A stretch of DNA of 64,000 nt from Planctomycetota bacterium (GCA_965223845.1 CBDCXR010000004.1:5472001-5536000); one strand, 5' to 3'; shown: positions 1 through 10,500, counted from the stretch's first letter. A program made the numbers and translations. Notes: generated from the letters alone by a model not told the origin.

Positions 1-396
1 CGCGTCACTTGCGTCGAGGAGGGGGAGGTCGTCTTCCGCGCCTCCGTGGGTGACGGGGCGTGCGAAGACACCGCAGAGGTCGAAGTCACGCTCGCCTGCG
101 GAGTGGACGGAATCGGACCCTTCAGCCGCGGTGACTGCAACAACGACGGCGCCGCGAACATCGCCGACGGGATCTTCCTTCTCAACTTCCTCTTCGGTGA
201 CGGCGCTACGCCGCGGTGCGACGCGGCCTGCGATTCCGGAGCGGGAGGCAGCCTCAACATCGCAACTGCGATCTACCTCTTCAATCACCTCTTCGGCACC
301 GGCGATCCTCCGCCGGCGCCGTTCGAGACCTGCGAAATCTCGGCGCGGGAGAGTGATCTCGCGATCGGGTGCCAGAACCCTCAAGACTGTCTGTAG
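1..396 (+). CDS. 3' end of a protein with a C-terminal dockerin-like (EF-hand pair, Cys-tailed) domain; 5' part lies outside the window
   Basis: Frame 1 is open from base 1 (RVTCVEEGEVVF...) into FSRGDCNNDGAANIADGIFLLNFLF...LNIATAIYLFNHLF...CQNPQDCL*. Confidence 0.8.
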   Translation, partial: RVTCVEEGEVVFRASVGDGACEDTAEVEVTLACGVDGIGPFSRGDCNNDGAANIADGIFLLNFLFGDGATPRCDAACDSGAGGSLNIATAIYLFNHLFGTGDPPPAPFETCEISARESDLAIGCQNPQDCL

Positions 397-409
397 TCGG
401 CAAAGGAAA
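112..409 (+). repeat. Copy 1 of a ~300-bp near-identical dispersed repeat (dockerin cassette plus 13 nt past the stop codon)
   Basis: Aligns without gaps to 2269-2566 (offset 2157); the central part is identical. Confidence 0.95.
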
Positions 410-498
410 CACCTTCCCTGCCAGCTCTCCGATCGCGCTCTGGAGGAACGTGAGACGGCGACCCCGAAAGCACGACATCATTCGAAGGTTGTCGTTGA

Positions 499-764
499 TT
501 CGAGCGGGGTTCTCTCCCATCGTGGATGCGAGCCCACCTCGTCTACGGGATTTTCGTACTCAATTTTCTCTTCGGCGATGGCTCTGAACCAGAGTGCCAC
601 GAGGCGACAAAAGCGAACGACAATCGCTCGCTGTCGCCGATCCCCTCTCTCTCTACGGCGACGGCGACCCGCTTCCGCCGCCCGGCCCGGCGATGCTCCC
701 GAGCGGACGCCCTCCGCCGGAATCTCCAGCGAACCTCGGATGTGAGATCTACGAAGGTTGCGTG
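499..764 (+). pseudogene. Decayed, frameshifted dockerin-like remnant
   Basis: FERGSLPSWMRAHLVYGIFVLNFLFGDGSEPECHEA is in register with FSRGDCNNDGAANIADGIFLLNFLFGDGATPRCDAA. After a frameshift it reads AVADPLSLYGDGDPLPPPGP...NLGCEIYEGC. An in-frame TGA lies directly upstream at 496-498. Confidence 0.7.
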
Positions 765-882
765 CCCTGCTGCGGAACGGCGATGAATCGACAGCGCTTT
801 GAGTTAGCGTACCCACGTCGGGTCTGACGAGAAGTCGCCTGCGTACAGGGGGGTCGAGCCATACGAAGGAGGCTAGGTCACC

Positions 883-2553
883 ATGCAAGCGACATCTCTA
901 ACCGCTTTGACCGTGTCGCTCTTGGGATTCGCGACCGCCGGGAACGCCCAGGTGTTTCACAGCCACCCGAGCTTGACGTTCTCCCCGGAGCTGACCGTCG
1001 CCGAAGTCGACGAGCGCTCCGCATTCAACGCCGACCCCGACGGCGGAACGCCGGCGACGACGGGACGATCGAATCTGGCTCTCGCGGCGAACGGAGGCAT
1101 CGGATTCGAATCGAGTCGCATCTCTCAGAGTTACGGCGACGACAAGATCAACAACGGAGTGTACGGCGCAGTTCTCCCCGTCGCCGACGACGCGACCAGA
1201 CCCTGGATCAGCGCGTCGGACCAGCTCCAGGGTTTCGCGGGCGTCGCCCTCGGCTCCGCGTCAACCGTCGGAGCCATCGGCTTCGGGAGCCGCATTCCGG
1301 GTCGTTCCGACGGTCTCTTCACGCTTCAAGTCACTACCCAGAGTCTCGCCGGCGTCGATCTCGAAGACTCTGGTGCAACGGGCGCGCTCAGCTGGAAGTC
1401 CGTCGGCAGCCTCGAATCGACGACGGCGGGCGAGTTCGGCCGGCATGTCGTTCAGTTCGCTCCGGTCGCCGATGTCACCGCGGTCCGCGTCGTCGTCTCG
1501 CAGGCCGGCACGACCATCACCGAGATCGAGGCGTATAGCTCGGTCGACGTCGTCATCCGCGCGCCCGAGCTCGGCCTCCAGCCCGGACCGACGGAGTACA
1601 GCCGGGCCATCCTCGCCGACGGGCCTATCCACTACTACCGATTCGAAGAGACCGCCAAGAACCAGCTCGCACGCGACGAGGTCGGGGATCAACACGGCGT
1701 CTACTCAGGCGGGAGCAGCTCCGGCGGCAAGAGCGCCACGGGTGCTCTCGGCCGCGCCGCCACGTTTGACGGATATCCCGGGTCGTTCGTCGATTTAGGG
1801 ACCCCGTTTCACCCGGGGCCGACGATTTCCGTCGAAGCTTGGGTCAACGTTGACCCGGAATCCGTCGCCCGGTTCGGTCCCATCGCGGCGCGCTGGGATG
1901 GGAGTTTCGAGGTCGACTACGACGAGAATTCACAGTATCTGAACCTCGCGACCCGAAACGCGGCGAATGAGTTCAGCGTCGCCTGGAGTGTAGCCCCGAT
2001 TGCGAAAGGCGATTGGCATCACGTCGTGGGAATCTTCGAAAACGGCATCAGCACCGTCTACTTGAACGGAATCCGGGGACCTTCCCGTGACGTCTCCAAT
2101 ACCAGTCCGCTGCTTCAGGACGCGGGCGCGACCCTCTTGATCGGCGCGTCGCGCGATGGGAACGAATTCGTGTGGAACGGCCGCATCGACGAAGTCGCGT
2201 TCTACGACTACGCCCTGTCCGAGGATCAGATCCTCGACCACATCGCGGCTTCTGGGCGAGCGGACGAGATCGGACCGTTCAGCCGCGGCGATTGCAACAA
2301 CGACGGCGCCGCGAACATCGCCGACGGCATCTTCCTCCTCAACTTTCTCTTCGGGGACGGCGCTACGCCGCGGTGCGACGCGGCCTGCGATTCCGGAGCG
2401 GGAGGCAGCCTCAACATCGCAACTGCGATCTACCTCTTCAATCACCTCTTCGGCACCGGCGATCCTCCGCCGGCGCCGTTCGAGACCTGCGAAATCTCGG
2501 CGCGGGAAAGTGATCTCGCGGTCGGGTGTCAGAACCCCCAAAACTGTCGGTAG
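883..2553 (+). CDS. Secreted protein: beta-sandwich (discoidin-like) domain + LamG/concanavalin A-like domain + C-terminal dockerin-like domain
   Basis: AGGAGG RBS; signal peptide MQATSLTALTVSLLGFATAGNA; LamG motifs PIHYYRFEE, ISVEAWVN, WHHVVG, GRIDEVAFYDYALS; RGDCNNDG dockerin. Confidence 0.85.
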   Translation: MQATSLTALTVSLLGFATAGNAQVFHSHPSLTFSPELTVAEVDERSAFNADPDGGTPATTGRSNLALAANGGIGFESSRISQSYGDDKINNGVYGAVLPVADDATRPWISASDQLQGFAGVALGSASTVGAIGFGSRIPGRSDGLFTLQVTTQSLAGVDLEDSGATGALSWKSVGSLESTTAGEFGRHVVQFAPVADVTAVRVVVSQAGTTITEIEAYSSVDVVIRAPELGLQPGPTEYSRAILADGPIHYYRFEETAKNQLARDEVGDQHGVYSGGSSSGGKSATGALGRAATFDGYPGSFVDLGTPFHPGPTISVEAWVNVDPESVARFGPIAARWDGSFEVDYDENSQYLNLATRNAANEFSVAWSVAPIAKGDWHHVVGIFENGISTVYLNGIRGPSRDVSNTSPLLQDAGATLLIGASRDGNEFVWNGRIDEVAFYDYALSEDQILDHIAASGRADEIGPFSRGDCNNDGAANIADGIFLLNFLFGDGATPRCDAACDSGAGGSLNIATAIYLFNHLFGTGDPPPAPFETCEISARESDLAVGCQNPQNCR

Positions 2554-2566
2554 TCGGCGAAGGAAA
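2269..2566 (+). repeat. Copy 2 of the ~300-bp dockerin cassette repeat
   Basis: Near-identical to 112-409, including tagtcggcRaaggaaa past the stop codon. Confidence 0.95.
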
Positions 2567-2570
2567 GACT

Positions 2571-4007
2571 TTGTTTGCGAACGTTTCGAACGCGCGGCGA
2601 ACCCGCGCGCGGCGGTGGTGGTGTGTGGTCTGGATCTTGAGTGTCTCGAGCGCGATCCCGATCGGACTCGATGTCCGTTCGCAGGCAGAGGACGGCGCCG
2701 CTCGACCACCCAACATCGTCCTCCTCCTCGTCGACGACCTCGGCTGGATGGATCTCGGCTGTCAGGGGAACGCGCGAGTCGACACCCCCCACATCGACCG
2801 GCTCGCGAGTGAAGGAATTCGGTTCACGGACGGATACTCCGCGTCGCCCGTTTGCTCGCCGACGCGCGCGGCGATTCTCACCGGTCAGAATCCGGCGAGA
2901 CTTCGAATCACGAATCACATTCCCGACCAAAAGCGCTTTCTTCCCGACAACGCCGAGTGGCTGCCGGCGGAGATGAAGAACGAGCTCGCGGCCGACTACG
3001 AAACGATCGCGGAGCGACTGAAAACGGCCGGCTACGCGACGGGCTTCTTCGGCAAGTGGCATCTCTCCGGGCCGTCCGGGCGAGGTGGACGAGGAAACGA
3101 AGCGGTCTATCCGGAAGCCCAGGGATTCGACGCGAATGTCGGCGGCTGCTCCTACGGTGGTCCGCCGACGTTTTTCGATCCCTACCGCATCCACAACCTG
3201 CCGCCGCGGAAGAAGGGAGAGTATCTCCCCGATCGACTCATCGACGAGGCGCTCGGATTCGTCGATCGCGATCGCTCGAAGCCGGTGTTCCTTTCGCTCT
3301 GGTTCTACACGGTCCACTGGCCGATGGAGGCCCCGGCGCCGCTCATCGAGAAATATCAGGATCGACTCGGACCCGGCCTCAAGGACGCGCGCTACGGCGG
3401 AATGATCGAAGCGCTCGACAACGCGGTCGGACGACTCCTCGACGAGCTCGACAAACGCGACCTCACGGATTCGACGCTCGTCGTCTTCACGTCCGACAAT
3501 GGCGCGTTCCTCGGCGTCGGCGACATCCGCCCGCTCCGCCTCGGGAAGGGTTACCTCTACGAAGGCGGGATCCGCGTCCCGTGGATCATCCGCTGGCCGG
3601 GAGTGGTGAAGCCGGGGACGGTCTCGTCGACACCGATCGTGAGCACGGATCTCTTTCCGACGTTCCTCGAAGCCGCCGGGCTCGAAGCACGGACGGACGT
3701 GCCGCTCGACGGCGTGAGCCTTGTGCCGCTACTTCGCGGAGGCACTCTCAAGGAGCGCGCGCTTCACTTCCACTACCCGCACTACGCCTGGCACCGGAGC
3801 AACCGGCTGGGGAGCGCAATCCGAGAGGGCGACTGGAAGCTGATCGAGTGGCTCGACGACGGGTCGGTCGAGCTCTACAACCTCGCTGCGGACCTCGGGG
3901 AAGAGAAGAACTTGGCTCCGTCGGACAAGGGGCGCGCACAGTCCATGCGCGAGCGACTCGCTCGCTGGAGGGAGTCGGTGGGGGCTGGGATGCCTCGGCG
4001 GAGATGA
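2571..4007 (+). CDS. Formylglycine-dependent sulfatase (arylsulfatase A-like, S1 family), probably exported; start uncertain (TTG 2571 or a downstream GTG)
   Basis: PNIVLLLVDDLG, CSPTRAAILTG (CxPxR), GYATGFFGKWHL, FTSDNG, GKGYLYEGGIRVP, ELYNLAADLGE. Confidence 0.92.
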   Translation: MFANVSNARRTRARRWWCVVWILSVSSAIPIGLDVRSQAEDGAARPPNIVLLLVDDLGWMDLGCQGNARVDTPHIDRLASEGIRFTDGYSASPVCSPTRAAILTGQNPARLRITNHIPDQKRFLPDNAEWLPAEMKNELAADYETIAERLKTAGYATGFFGKWHLSGPSGRGGRGNEAVYPEAQGFDANVGGCSYGGPPTFFDPYRIHNLPPRKKGEYLPDRLIDEALGFVDRDRSKPVFLSLWFYTVHWPMEAPAPLIEKYQDRLGPGLKDARYGGMIEALDNAVGRLLDELDKRDLTDSTLVVFTSDNGAFLGVGDIRPLRLGKGYLYEGGIRVPWIIRWPGVVKPGTVSSTPIVSTDLFPTFLEAAGLEARTDVPLDGVSLVPLLRGGTLKERALHFHYPHYAWHRSNRLGSAIREGDWKLIEWLDDGSVELYNLAADLGEEKNLAPSDKGRAQSMRERLARWRESVGAGMPRRR

Positions 4008-4019
4008 CGGTCTCGGTGA

Positions 4020-4276
4020 AGATTTCACACGAAGAGCGCGAAGGACCGCGAAGGAAGACGAAGGAAGAGATAAGAGTAAGAGAGAGAGTGTGTGTGAGTG
4101 CGTGGAGATACTTGTAACGCCCACACCTTGGACTCGACGTCAGCCGAAACAGCATCGTTTCCGCGCAAACACGTGCGACCGCAGATCAATCTCTCTGACT
4201 TTGCTTTCTCAAATCCTCAATTCCTTGCTCTTATTTCGTCTTCCTTCGCGGTCCTTCGCTCCCTTCGTGTGAATCT
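4020..4276. repeat. Intergenic element bounded by ~45-60-bp imperfect inverted repeats (REP/MITE-like)
   Basis: The left arm agatttcacacgaagagcgcgaaggaccgcgaaggaagacgaa...ataagagtaag pairs with the right arm cttgctcttatttcgtcttccttcgcggtccttcgctcccttcgtgtgaatct. It lies between convergent genes. Confidence 0.8.
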
Positions 4277-4290
4277 CACGCGTCAGAAAT

Positions 4291-7200
4291 CTACGGACAC
4301 TTGTCGTAGAGATCACACCCGAGCGAGCCGGCCGGATTTGGATCTGCACCGCACTGCCACCCGTCCTCGCCCGCGCCGTCGATCGCTGGGGGTCCGTCGC
4401 CGAAGAGTCGGTTGAGCCCGTAGATCGCGTCCGCGATGTTGTACGAGTTGTCACCGTTCAGATCACCCGCTTCGGCGCACGTCGGCGGACTTCCGTCGCC
4501 GAAGAGACCGTTCAGCATGTAGATCATGTCTGCGATGTTCACGGCGCCGTCGTTGTTGACGTCGCCGCGGCGGATCTGATCCGGCGGCGGAGGCGGCTCA
4601 CCTCCACCCAGGATGAACGCGCTCGCGAACGTGCCGTGATCGCAGCCGTCGCCTCCGTTCGAGCCGGTCGCGAGGGTCAAGTATTGCGCGCTCGAGATAT
4701 CGACCGTGATCGTTTCGCCGAAGTTGGACGTCGCGTTCGTCGTCAGCGCTTCGATGACCCCCTCCGCGTCACTACTCGTGATTACGTAGAGGTTGACGTC
4801 GCCGTTACAGCCGTCCATTCCCCACATCGTGGAGAACGTCCCCGCGGCGTCGTTCCCGTGCTCGGCGCGGATCGCAGAGAGGTCGTAGGTGATTCCCCCC
4901 GCGGAGTGAAGGCCGACCCCCGACGTGTGCGTTTGGCCACCAGTAAGGAAGCCAGCACCGTCCGCCCAGACGCCCCCGGCGGAATCGCGGAGGATGTGGT
5001 TCCAGAGCGAGCCGAAGCCGTCCTCGCTGGGGAATTCGTACTCGATTCCGCTCTGCGTGAGGAGCTGCGGCAGAATCTCGCCCGGCGGAAGATCGCGCTC
5101 CCCAAGAATGAACACACTGTCGACAAAGTCGGTCTCGTCGACAGGAGAGGGGTCGAGACCGTCGCCCTCGAAGTCCGCTTCGAAAATGTGGCCGCCGATC
5201 GGCGTTAAAGCAAAGAGCCCGTTCCGCGGATCGATGCCGATGTTCTCGGCCGGCGCCGTCCCCGTGCCGTCGCCGCCGGCGGTGATGTCCCCGAGGTGCA
5301 GAAGCCGGCCGACCGTGACCGAAATCTCAGCCTCGATGTCGCCGAGGCTAGCGGTGATCGTCGTCTGTCCGCCCTTGAGTCCCTTGATAACGCCGTCTTC
5401 GACGACGGCGACCGTCGCGTCTTCCGGCGTGAAGGTGACGTCCGCGATATCGACGACGATCGGAAGGCCCGTGAATGGATCCGGCCCGGCGAGCGTCCCC
5501 GAGACCGAGACGGCCTGCTCACCGCCGATGTCGAGCGTCACCGACGAAGGCGCGACGATCAGCTCCCCGACGTTCGTCGTATCGATGCCCTCCTCGGTAA
5601 TGCGCGCGAGCCCGAACGCGCCGTGGTCGCTTCCGATGCCGTTTCCGGCGGCGCCGACGGCGAAGGTGAGGAAGACTGCAGTCGGCGGAATCTCCATCTG
5701 GACGAGCGCGCCCGAATCCGTCGCCCCGAGAACCGCGCGGCTGTCGATGACACCGTCCGCGTCCGCGAGAATGACGTAGCTGTTGACGAGACCGTTCGGT
5801 TGCCCACTCGCCTCGCCGGCGATCGCGGAGACGAACTTCACCGCGTCTTCGCCGTGCTCGGCGCGCATCTCGTCGAGATCGAACGTAATCCCCTGTGCCG
5901 CGTGGAGACCGATCCCCTCGTCGAAGGGTCCGGCGACCCCGAAGCTCAGGCTGTCGGGACCGCCCGGTTCGCGTCCCTTGAGGATCGCTTCCCAGCCCTG
6001 CGCCGCATCGCCGTCGGCGAAGTCGAACACGATCTCTTCGGTGGAAATGACCTGGCCGACCGCTACGTCCATCACGAAGACGGAATCGATAAGCGGCGAG
6101 TCGGGAACTGGTTCCGGATTGACGAAGTTCGTATCGTTCACGTCGGCGTTGAAGCGCGCCTGGACGAACATGCCGAGGTCGGCCTCGATGCCGATGTTCT
6201 CGACCGGAGCATTCCCGATTCCGGTTCCGCCCGCGACGATGTCGCCGAGATCGATGTAACCCTTCCCCGCCACGGTCACGGCCGCTTCGGCGGAGAGCGC
6301 GCCGTTCTGCGCCGTGAGCGTTGCCTCACCGGCACCGGTCGCGGTCACGAGGCCATCGGCGCTCACGTCGACGATCCCGGCTGGATCGGCGGAATACGTC
6401 GTCCCTTCGGCGCCCGCGGTCACATCCGTCGACAAGCCGAGGTTGTCGATGCGGAGAACGCTGATCTGCGTGAACGCGCCCGGCGCGAGATCGATCGTGT
6501 CCGGCACGATGCGGAGCTCGACTGGCTCCGGCGCCTCACACACACCCGGGTCAATCTGCGCGATCGCGAACGTCCCGTGGTCGCATCCGTCCCCACCGTT
6601 TGAGCCGGTAGCGAGCGTGAGATACTCGGCGCCCGCGGGGAGATCGACCTGAAGAAACTCGCCGCCATTCTGCGTGAAGTTGCCGGAGAAACTCTCGATG
6701 ACGCCGTCCGCCTCGCTGCTCACGACCACATAGAGGTTGACGTCTCCGCCGCACGCATCCATGCCCCAAACGGTCGAAAAGCACGAGCCGCCCTCGATCC
6801 CGTGCGCGGCGCGCAGCGCGTTCAGGTCGTACGTGATTCCGCCGGCCGCGTGGAGGCCGACGCCGCTCGTGTGTTCGATCCCACCGGTGAGAAACGGGTT
6901 GCCGCCAGCCCATGCTCCTCCGGCCGAATCGCGAAGGATGTGATTCCACAGTGAGCCGAAGCCGTCGGCCGCGGGAAACTCGAACTCGATCCCGCTCTGC
7001 GTGATGCCCTGAACGATGATCTCGCCGAGATCTTCCGGCGGCTCGAGGATGAACACTGAGTCGATGAAGTCCGATTCGTCGACGGGCGACGGGTCGAGAC
7101 CATCCGCTTCGGGATCCGCCTCGGTGATGTGCCCATTGATCGGCTCCGTCGCGAACATGCCGTTCCGCGGATCGACGCCGACGTTCTCCGCCGGGGCCGT

Positions 7201-7341
7201 ACCCGTGCCGTCGCCGCCGGCGGTGACATCGCCGAGCTGAATCGTCTGCGCGGACGCGCGGTGCGCCGCCGACATGAGCAAGATCCCTAACAACAAGCAG
7301 CATCCGCACGCGAATCGGCGTACGCCGAGAGAGCGACTCAT
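4291..7341 (-). CDS. Secreted protein: three NPCBM/NEW2-like modules separated by two Ig-like (Big_2) domains, C-terminal dockerin-like domain
   Basis: ATG 7341 with GGAGGA RBS; signal peptide ending ...AAHRASA-Q; three GxGLHxAxGITxDL...DHGxF modules; VTATGAGEATLTA and IKGLKGGQTTITAS Ig motifs; RRGDVNNDGAVNIAD...GDLNGDNSYNIAD. Confidence 0.8.
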   Translation of the reverse strand: MSRSLGVRRFACGCCLLLGILLMSAAHRASAQTIQLGDVTAGGDGTGTAPAENVGVDPRNGMFATEPINGHITEADPEADGLDPSPVDESDFIDSVFILEPPEDLGEIIVQGITQSGIEFEFPAADGFGSLWNHILRDSAGGAWAGGNPFLTGGIEHTSGVGLHAAGGITYDLNALRAAHGIEGGSCFSTVWGMDACGGDVNLYVVVSSEADGVIESFSGNFTQNGGEFLQVDLPAGAEYLTLATGSNGGDGCDHGTFAIAQIDPGVCEAPEPVELRIVPDTIDLAPGAFTQISVLRIDNLGLSTDVTAGAEGTTYSADPAGIVDVSADGLVTATGAGEATLTAQNGALSAEAAVTVAGKGYIDLGDIVAGGTGIGNAPVENIGIEADLGMFVQARFNADVNDTNFVNPEPVPDSPLIDSVFVMDVAVGQVISTEEIVFDFADGDAAQGWEAILKGREPGGPDSLSFGVAGPFDEGIGLHAAQGITFDLDEMRAEHGEDAVKFVSAIAGEASGQPNGLVNSYVILADADGVIDSRAVLGATDSGALVQMEIPPTAVFLTFAVGAAGNGIGSDHGAFGLARITEEGIDTTNVGELIVAPSSVTLDIGGEQAVSVSGTLAGPDPFTGLPIVVDIADVTFTPEDATVAVVEDGVIKGLKGGQTTITASLGDIEAEISVTVGRLLHLGDITAGGDGTGTAPAENIGIDPRNGLFALTPIGGHIFEADFEGDGLDPSPVDETDFVDSVFILGERDLPPGEILPQLLTQSGIEYEFPSEDGFGSLWNHILRDSAGGVWADGAGFLTGGQTHTSGVGLHSAGGITYDLSAIRAEHGNDAAGTFSTMWGMDGCNGDVNLYVITSSDAEGVIEALTTNATSNFGETITVDISSAQYLTLATGSNGGDGCDHGTFASAFILGGGEPPPPPDQIRRGDVNNDGAVNIADMIYMLNGLFGDGSPPTCAEAGDLNGDNSYNIADAIYGLNRLFGDGPPAIDGAGEDGWQCGADPNPAGSLGCDLYDKCP

Positions 7342-7515
7342 CTCAATCCTCCGAGAACGAGACCCAGTTCGAAACTCGACTCCAAGACCACTCAGGATGT
7401 TGCGCGCAAGGCGGCGCCGACAACCCGAAGTGGCGATTGTCCCCGGGGACAGTCGCGGAGGCAAACAATCCTCACCCCCTCTCGAGCGAGGAGATCGCGG
7501 AGGCGCGTCCGCCCT

Positions 7516-10500
7516 TCAGTTTCGACAGACGTACCGGGTGCAGCCCAAGAGATCCGGCGTCGGATCCGGTCCGCAGATGCTCGGCGACGGCATTTCCACT
7601 CCCCCGAAGAGGTGCTGGAGGATCGAGATCGCGTCGGAGAGGTTGATCGATTCGTCGTCGTTCGCGTCAGCGGTCTTTTGACACTGCGGCGCCGGTTCGC
7701 CCTGAAACAAATGTCCGAGGAGGCGCATGGCGTCCGCCAAGTTCACCCGGCCGTCGATGTTCGTATCGCCGCGCACGTACTCCTTCGAACGACTGATTTG
7801 TCGGCGCGACTCGTCGGTCACCGTCCCCTGTCCGATCCGAGCGAATTGTTCGTTCAGATAAAAGACTTCTTGCGTATCGAAGAGCTCGTCGGGAACGGCG
7901 ATCTCGACGACGGCGACCGGCTCAGGAAGACCGTCCATCGGGACCGGCTCGTCGAGCAGGACCCAGTAGCGGACACCGAGGTTGTGCCGACCGGCCGTAT
8001 ACACGAGTCGCCAATAGTCTTCGACGACCATCAACTCCTCCGACTCGGCGTCGAGTATGAGCTCCGCCTTGACGAGTGCCGCCGGCCCAGTCGCCGTAAT
8101 GTCCTCGACCGGCGCGAAGCGTTCGGTCATGCGGAATCGCGGACCTTCTTCCGTCAGGACCTCGACGTGCCAAAGCGGGAGCGTGTCGTAGGTGCAGGAC
8201 CGGTACTCGACGGCGAGCGGGGCTTGATTCTCTTCCTCGAGCGTCGCGTCGACAGAGACCAAGCCGGACGCGAGGAGATCACTCAGAGTCCGACGCGAGC
8301 CGGCCCCGTTCCGTGCCGGCACGCCGAACCGCAATCGGCTGAAGCGGAGGATAAGCTCTCGGCCGTCCGGCAATAGGAACGACTGCTCGTAGTCGAACTC
8401 GAAAACTGGCGACGCGGGAGTGCCGATGCGAGAAAAGCGGAAGCGGCCAGGGCTCGCCGGCTCACCGAGCACGCGCTCGGGACCGAATTCGACCGACTCG
8501 ACGAGATCGTAGTGCGTGATGCGTTGCGTCGTCGGAAGCTCGTATTCGCCCGCCGGAAGACGAATCCGGCTCTTCAGCTCGTAGGTCTCCTGCGGTTTCC
8601 GGCCGACCACGAACGCGCCGCAGAGATCGAGATCTTCCGGCACATCGACGAAGAGTGTGGGCGTCGGCGGGACCTCGGCGTTCGAGAGGAACGGCCGGAC
8701 CTGCTTGACGGCGAGCGCACCCTCTTGATCGATCTTGAACTCGACATCGAGCATGATGCTGAGTGGATTCTTGTCGCCGAGATCGAGGGGAAACTCCGCC
8801 TCGAGATGCGAGAGCAGTCGACCGAGCTCTCGCAGCTGCTCGTCGTCGAGCACGGACTCCCCGGGCGCAGTCAATGACGACGATGCGGAGCGCTCGATGT
8901 CGATCACCTCACCGTTCTCGAGACTGAGCAGTGTTTTCTCCGGGATCTCCCCCGGTTCGGGGCTCACGACGCTTCGCTCGCCGATCTGGGCGGTGATGAT
9001 GAAGCGTTCGTCGAGAACGTCGAGGGGATTGCCCGTGAATGCGACTCCGTTCGCTCTCTCACTAGAGAACGCGCGGCTGACGAGAATTCCCATCCCCACT
9101 CGGTCCTGCGGCACGGAGAAAAACTCGCGCTCTTCGAACGCGCGGAAGTTCCACAGGCTCGCCCAGACGATCCGGAGCGCACGCGCGACACCCCGCTCGT
9201 CCCGCCGCGCGGCGTCGCAGTGAGAGGGACCGTTCGCGTCCGCGTCGAGGTCATCGGCCGCGCAGCCCGATGTCGACGCATAGAGCCCCGCACCGTTGAA
9301 CTCGAGCGCGTCTTCGACGTTCGACGAGGAGCGAAACCGAACGGCGTTTTGAGTGCTCCCGAACTCGGTCGCGATCTTGAGCGCGATTCGCCGAACGAGG
9401 CTTCCGTCGACGACACTTTCGTTCTCGATGTGCTCGCGCAAGTTCTTCAGCGCATCGAAGCGAAACGCCGGGCTCGTACGAAACTCGTTGTCGTCGAGAA
9501 GCTCCGCGACGTACTCCGCGTAGGAGACTTCGCGGCCCTCGTCGAGATACGACGGGATCCGATTGGACTCCATGAACTCGAGGTAGGGCTGGATGGGGAT
9601 CGCGAAGCCCCGCGCGCGGTACCGTTCGAATTCGCCGGTCATCACCGTCTGCATGACGGCGAAATTCGTCGCCTTTCCTCCGAAGCGTCTCACGGCGTTC
9701 CCGAGCTCAGCTTGAGCGGCGATAGCTTCGAGTCCGGTCAGATCCGAGTACTCGAGATCGATCTCGGGTGCGACCGAGAGCTGCTTTCGGTTCTCTCTCC
9801 ACCAGCGCTCCGCCTCCTCGACGTTCGCGCGCCCGACGGTGTACGTTTCGTCGGTCACCTCGAGTCGAACGAGCTCGCCGTCGTGGGCAGCGAACGCCGC
9901 GGCGGCGTTCCGAACGAAGGCATTCGGCGTCCCACGCCGAGCCGTCCGGATCGCGAGGTGACTCAGCTCGCCTTGAGGCTCCCCGGTGATCACTCCTCCG
10001 ATCACTCCTTCGATGTCGCGCGGCGATCGTTCGAGAACGAGGATCTCCTGAAAGCTGATTCCGCCGGCTTCGTTGAGAGCGCGGAACCCGTCTGCATCCA
10101 AGACTCGCACTCGGCCGTAGGCAACACCCGATGTGTACGGAATGAACTCGACGCCGCTCGTAAACTCTTCGAACACGACGGGGAAGTCGACATCTCCCCA
10201 GCTCTCGGCGTTCTCGCGCGTCGCCTCGTCGGCGGGAAAGTAGACGAGCTCTCCGAGCGGCAGAAGCGGCTCGAGCTGCGCGTAGAGCGCGGCGACTTCG
10301 TCGCGCCGCGGGAGCTCGCGCGCGTCCGCGTCGTAGCCCGTGATCACGTGGAATCCGTACAGGCGCTTCGAATCGATCCGGAGCTGATACAGATTGCCGA
10401 TGAAATAGTCGCGCGTCGCCCGCCTCGAGACCAGCTGCTCGTAAACTTCGAACGTAAGCCCATCGAAGCGCTCGGGGAACGTCTCGCGAAGGAACTCGAG

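Noticed and set aside
112-2566. Repeat pair as a diversity-generating retroelement TR/VR
   Set aside because: Differences are mostly synonymous and not adenine-specific, both copies are coding, and no reverse transcriptase is in the window.
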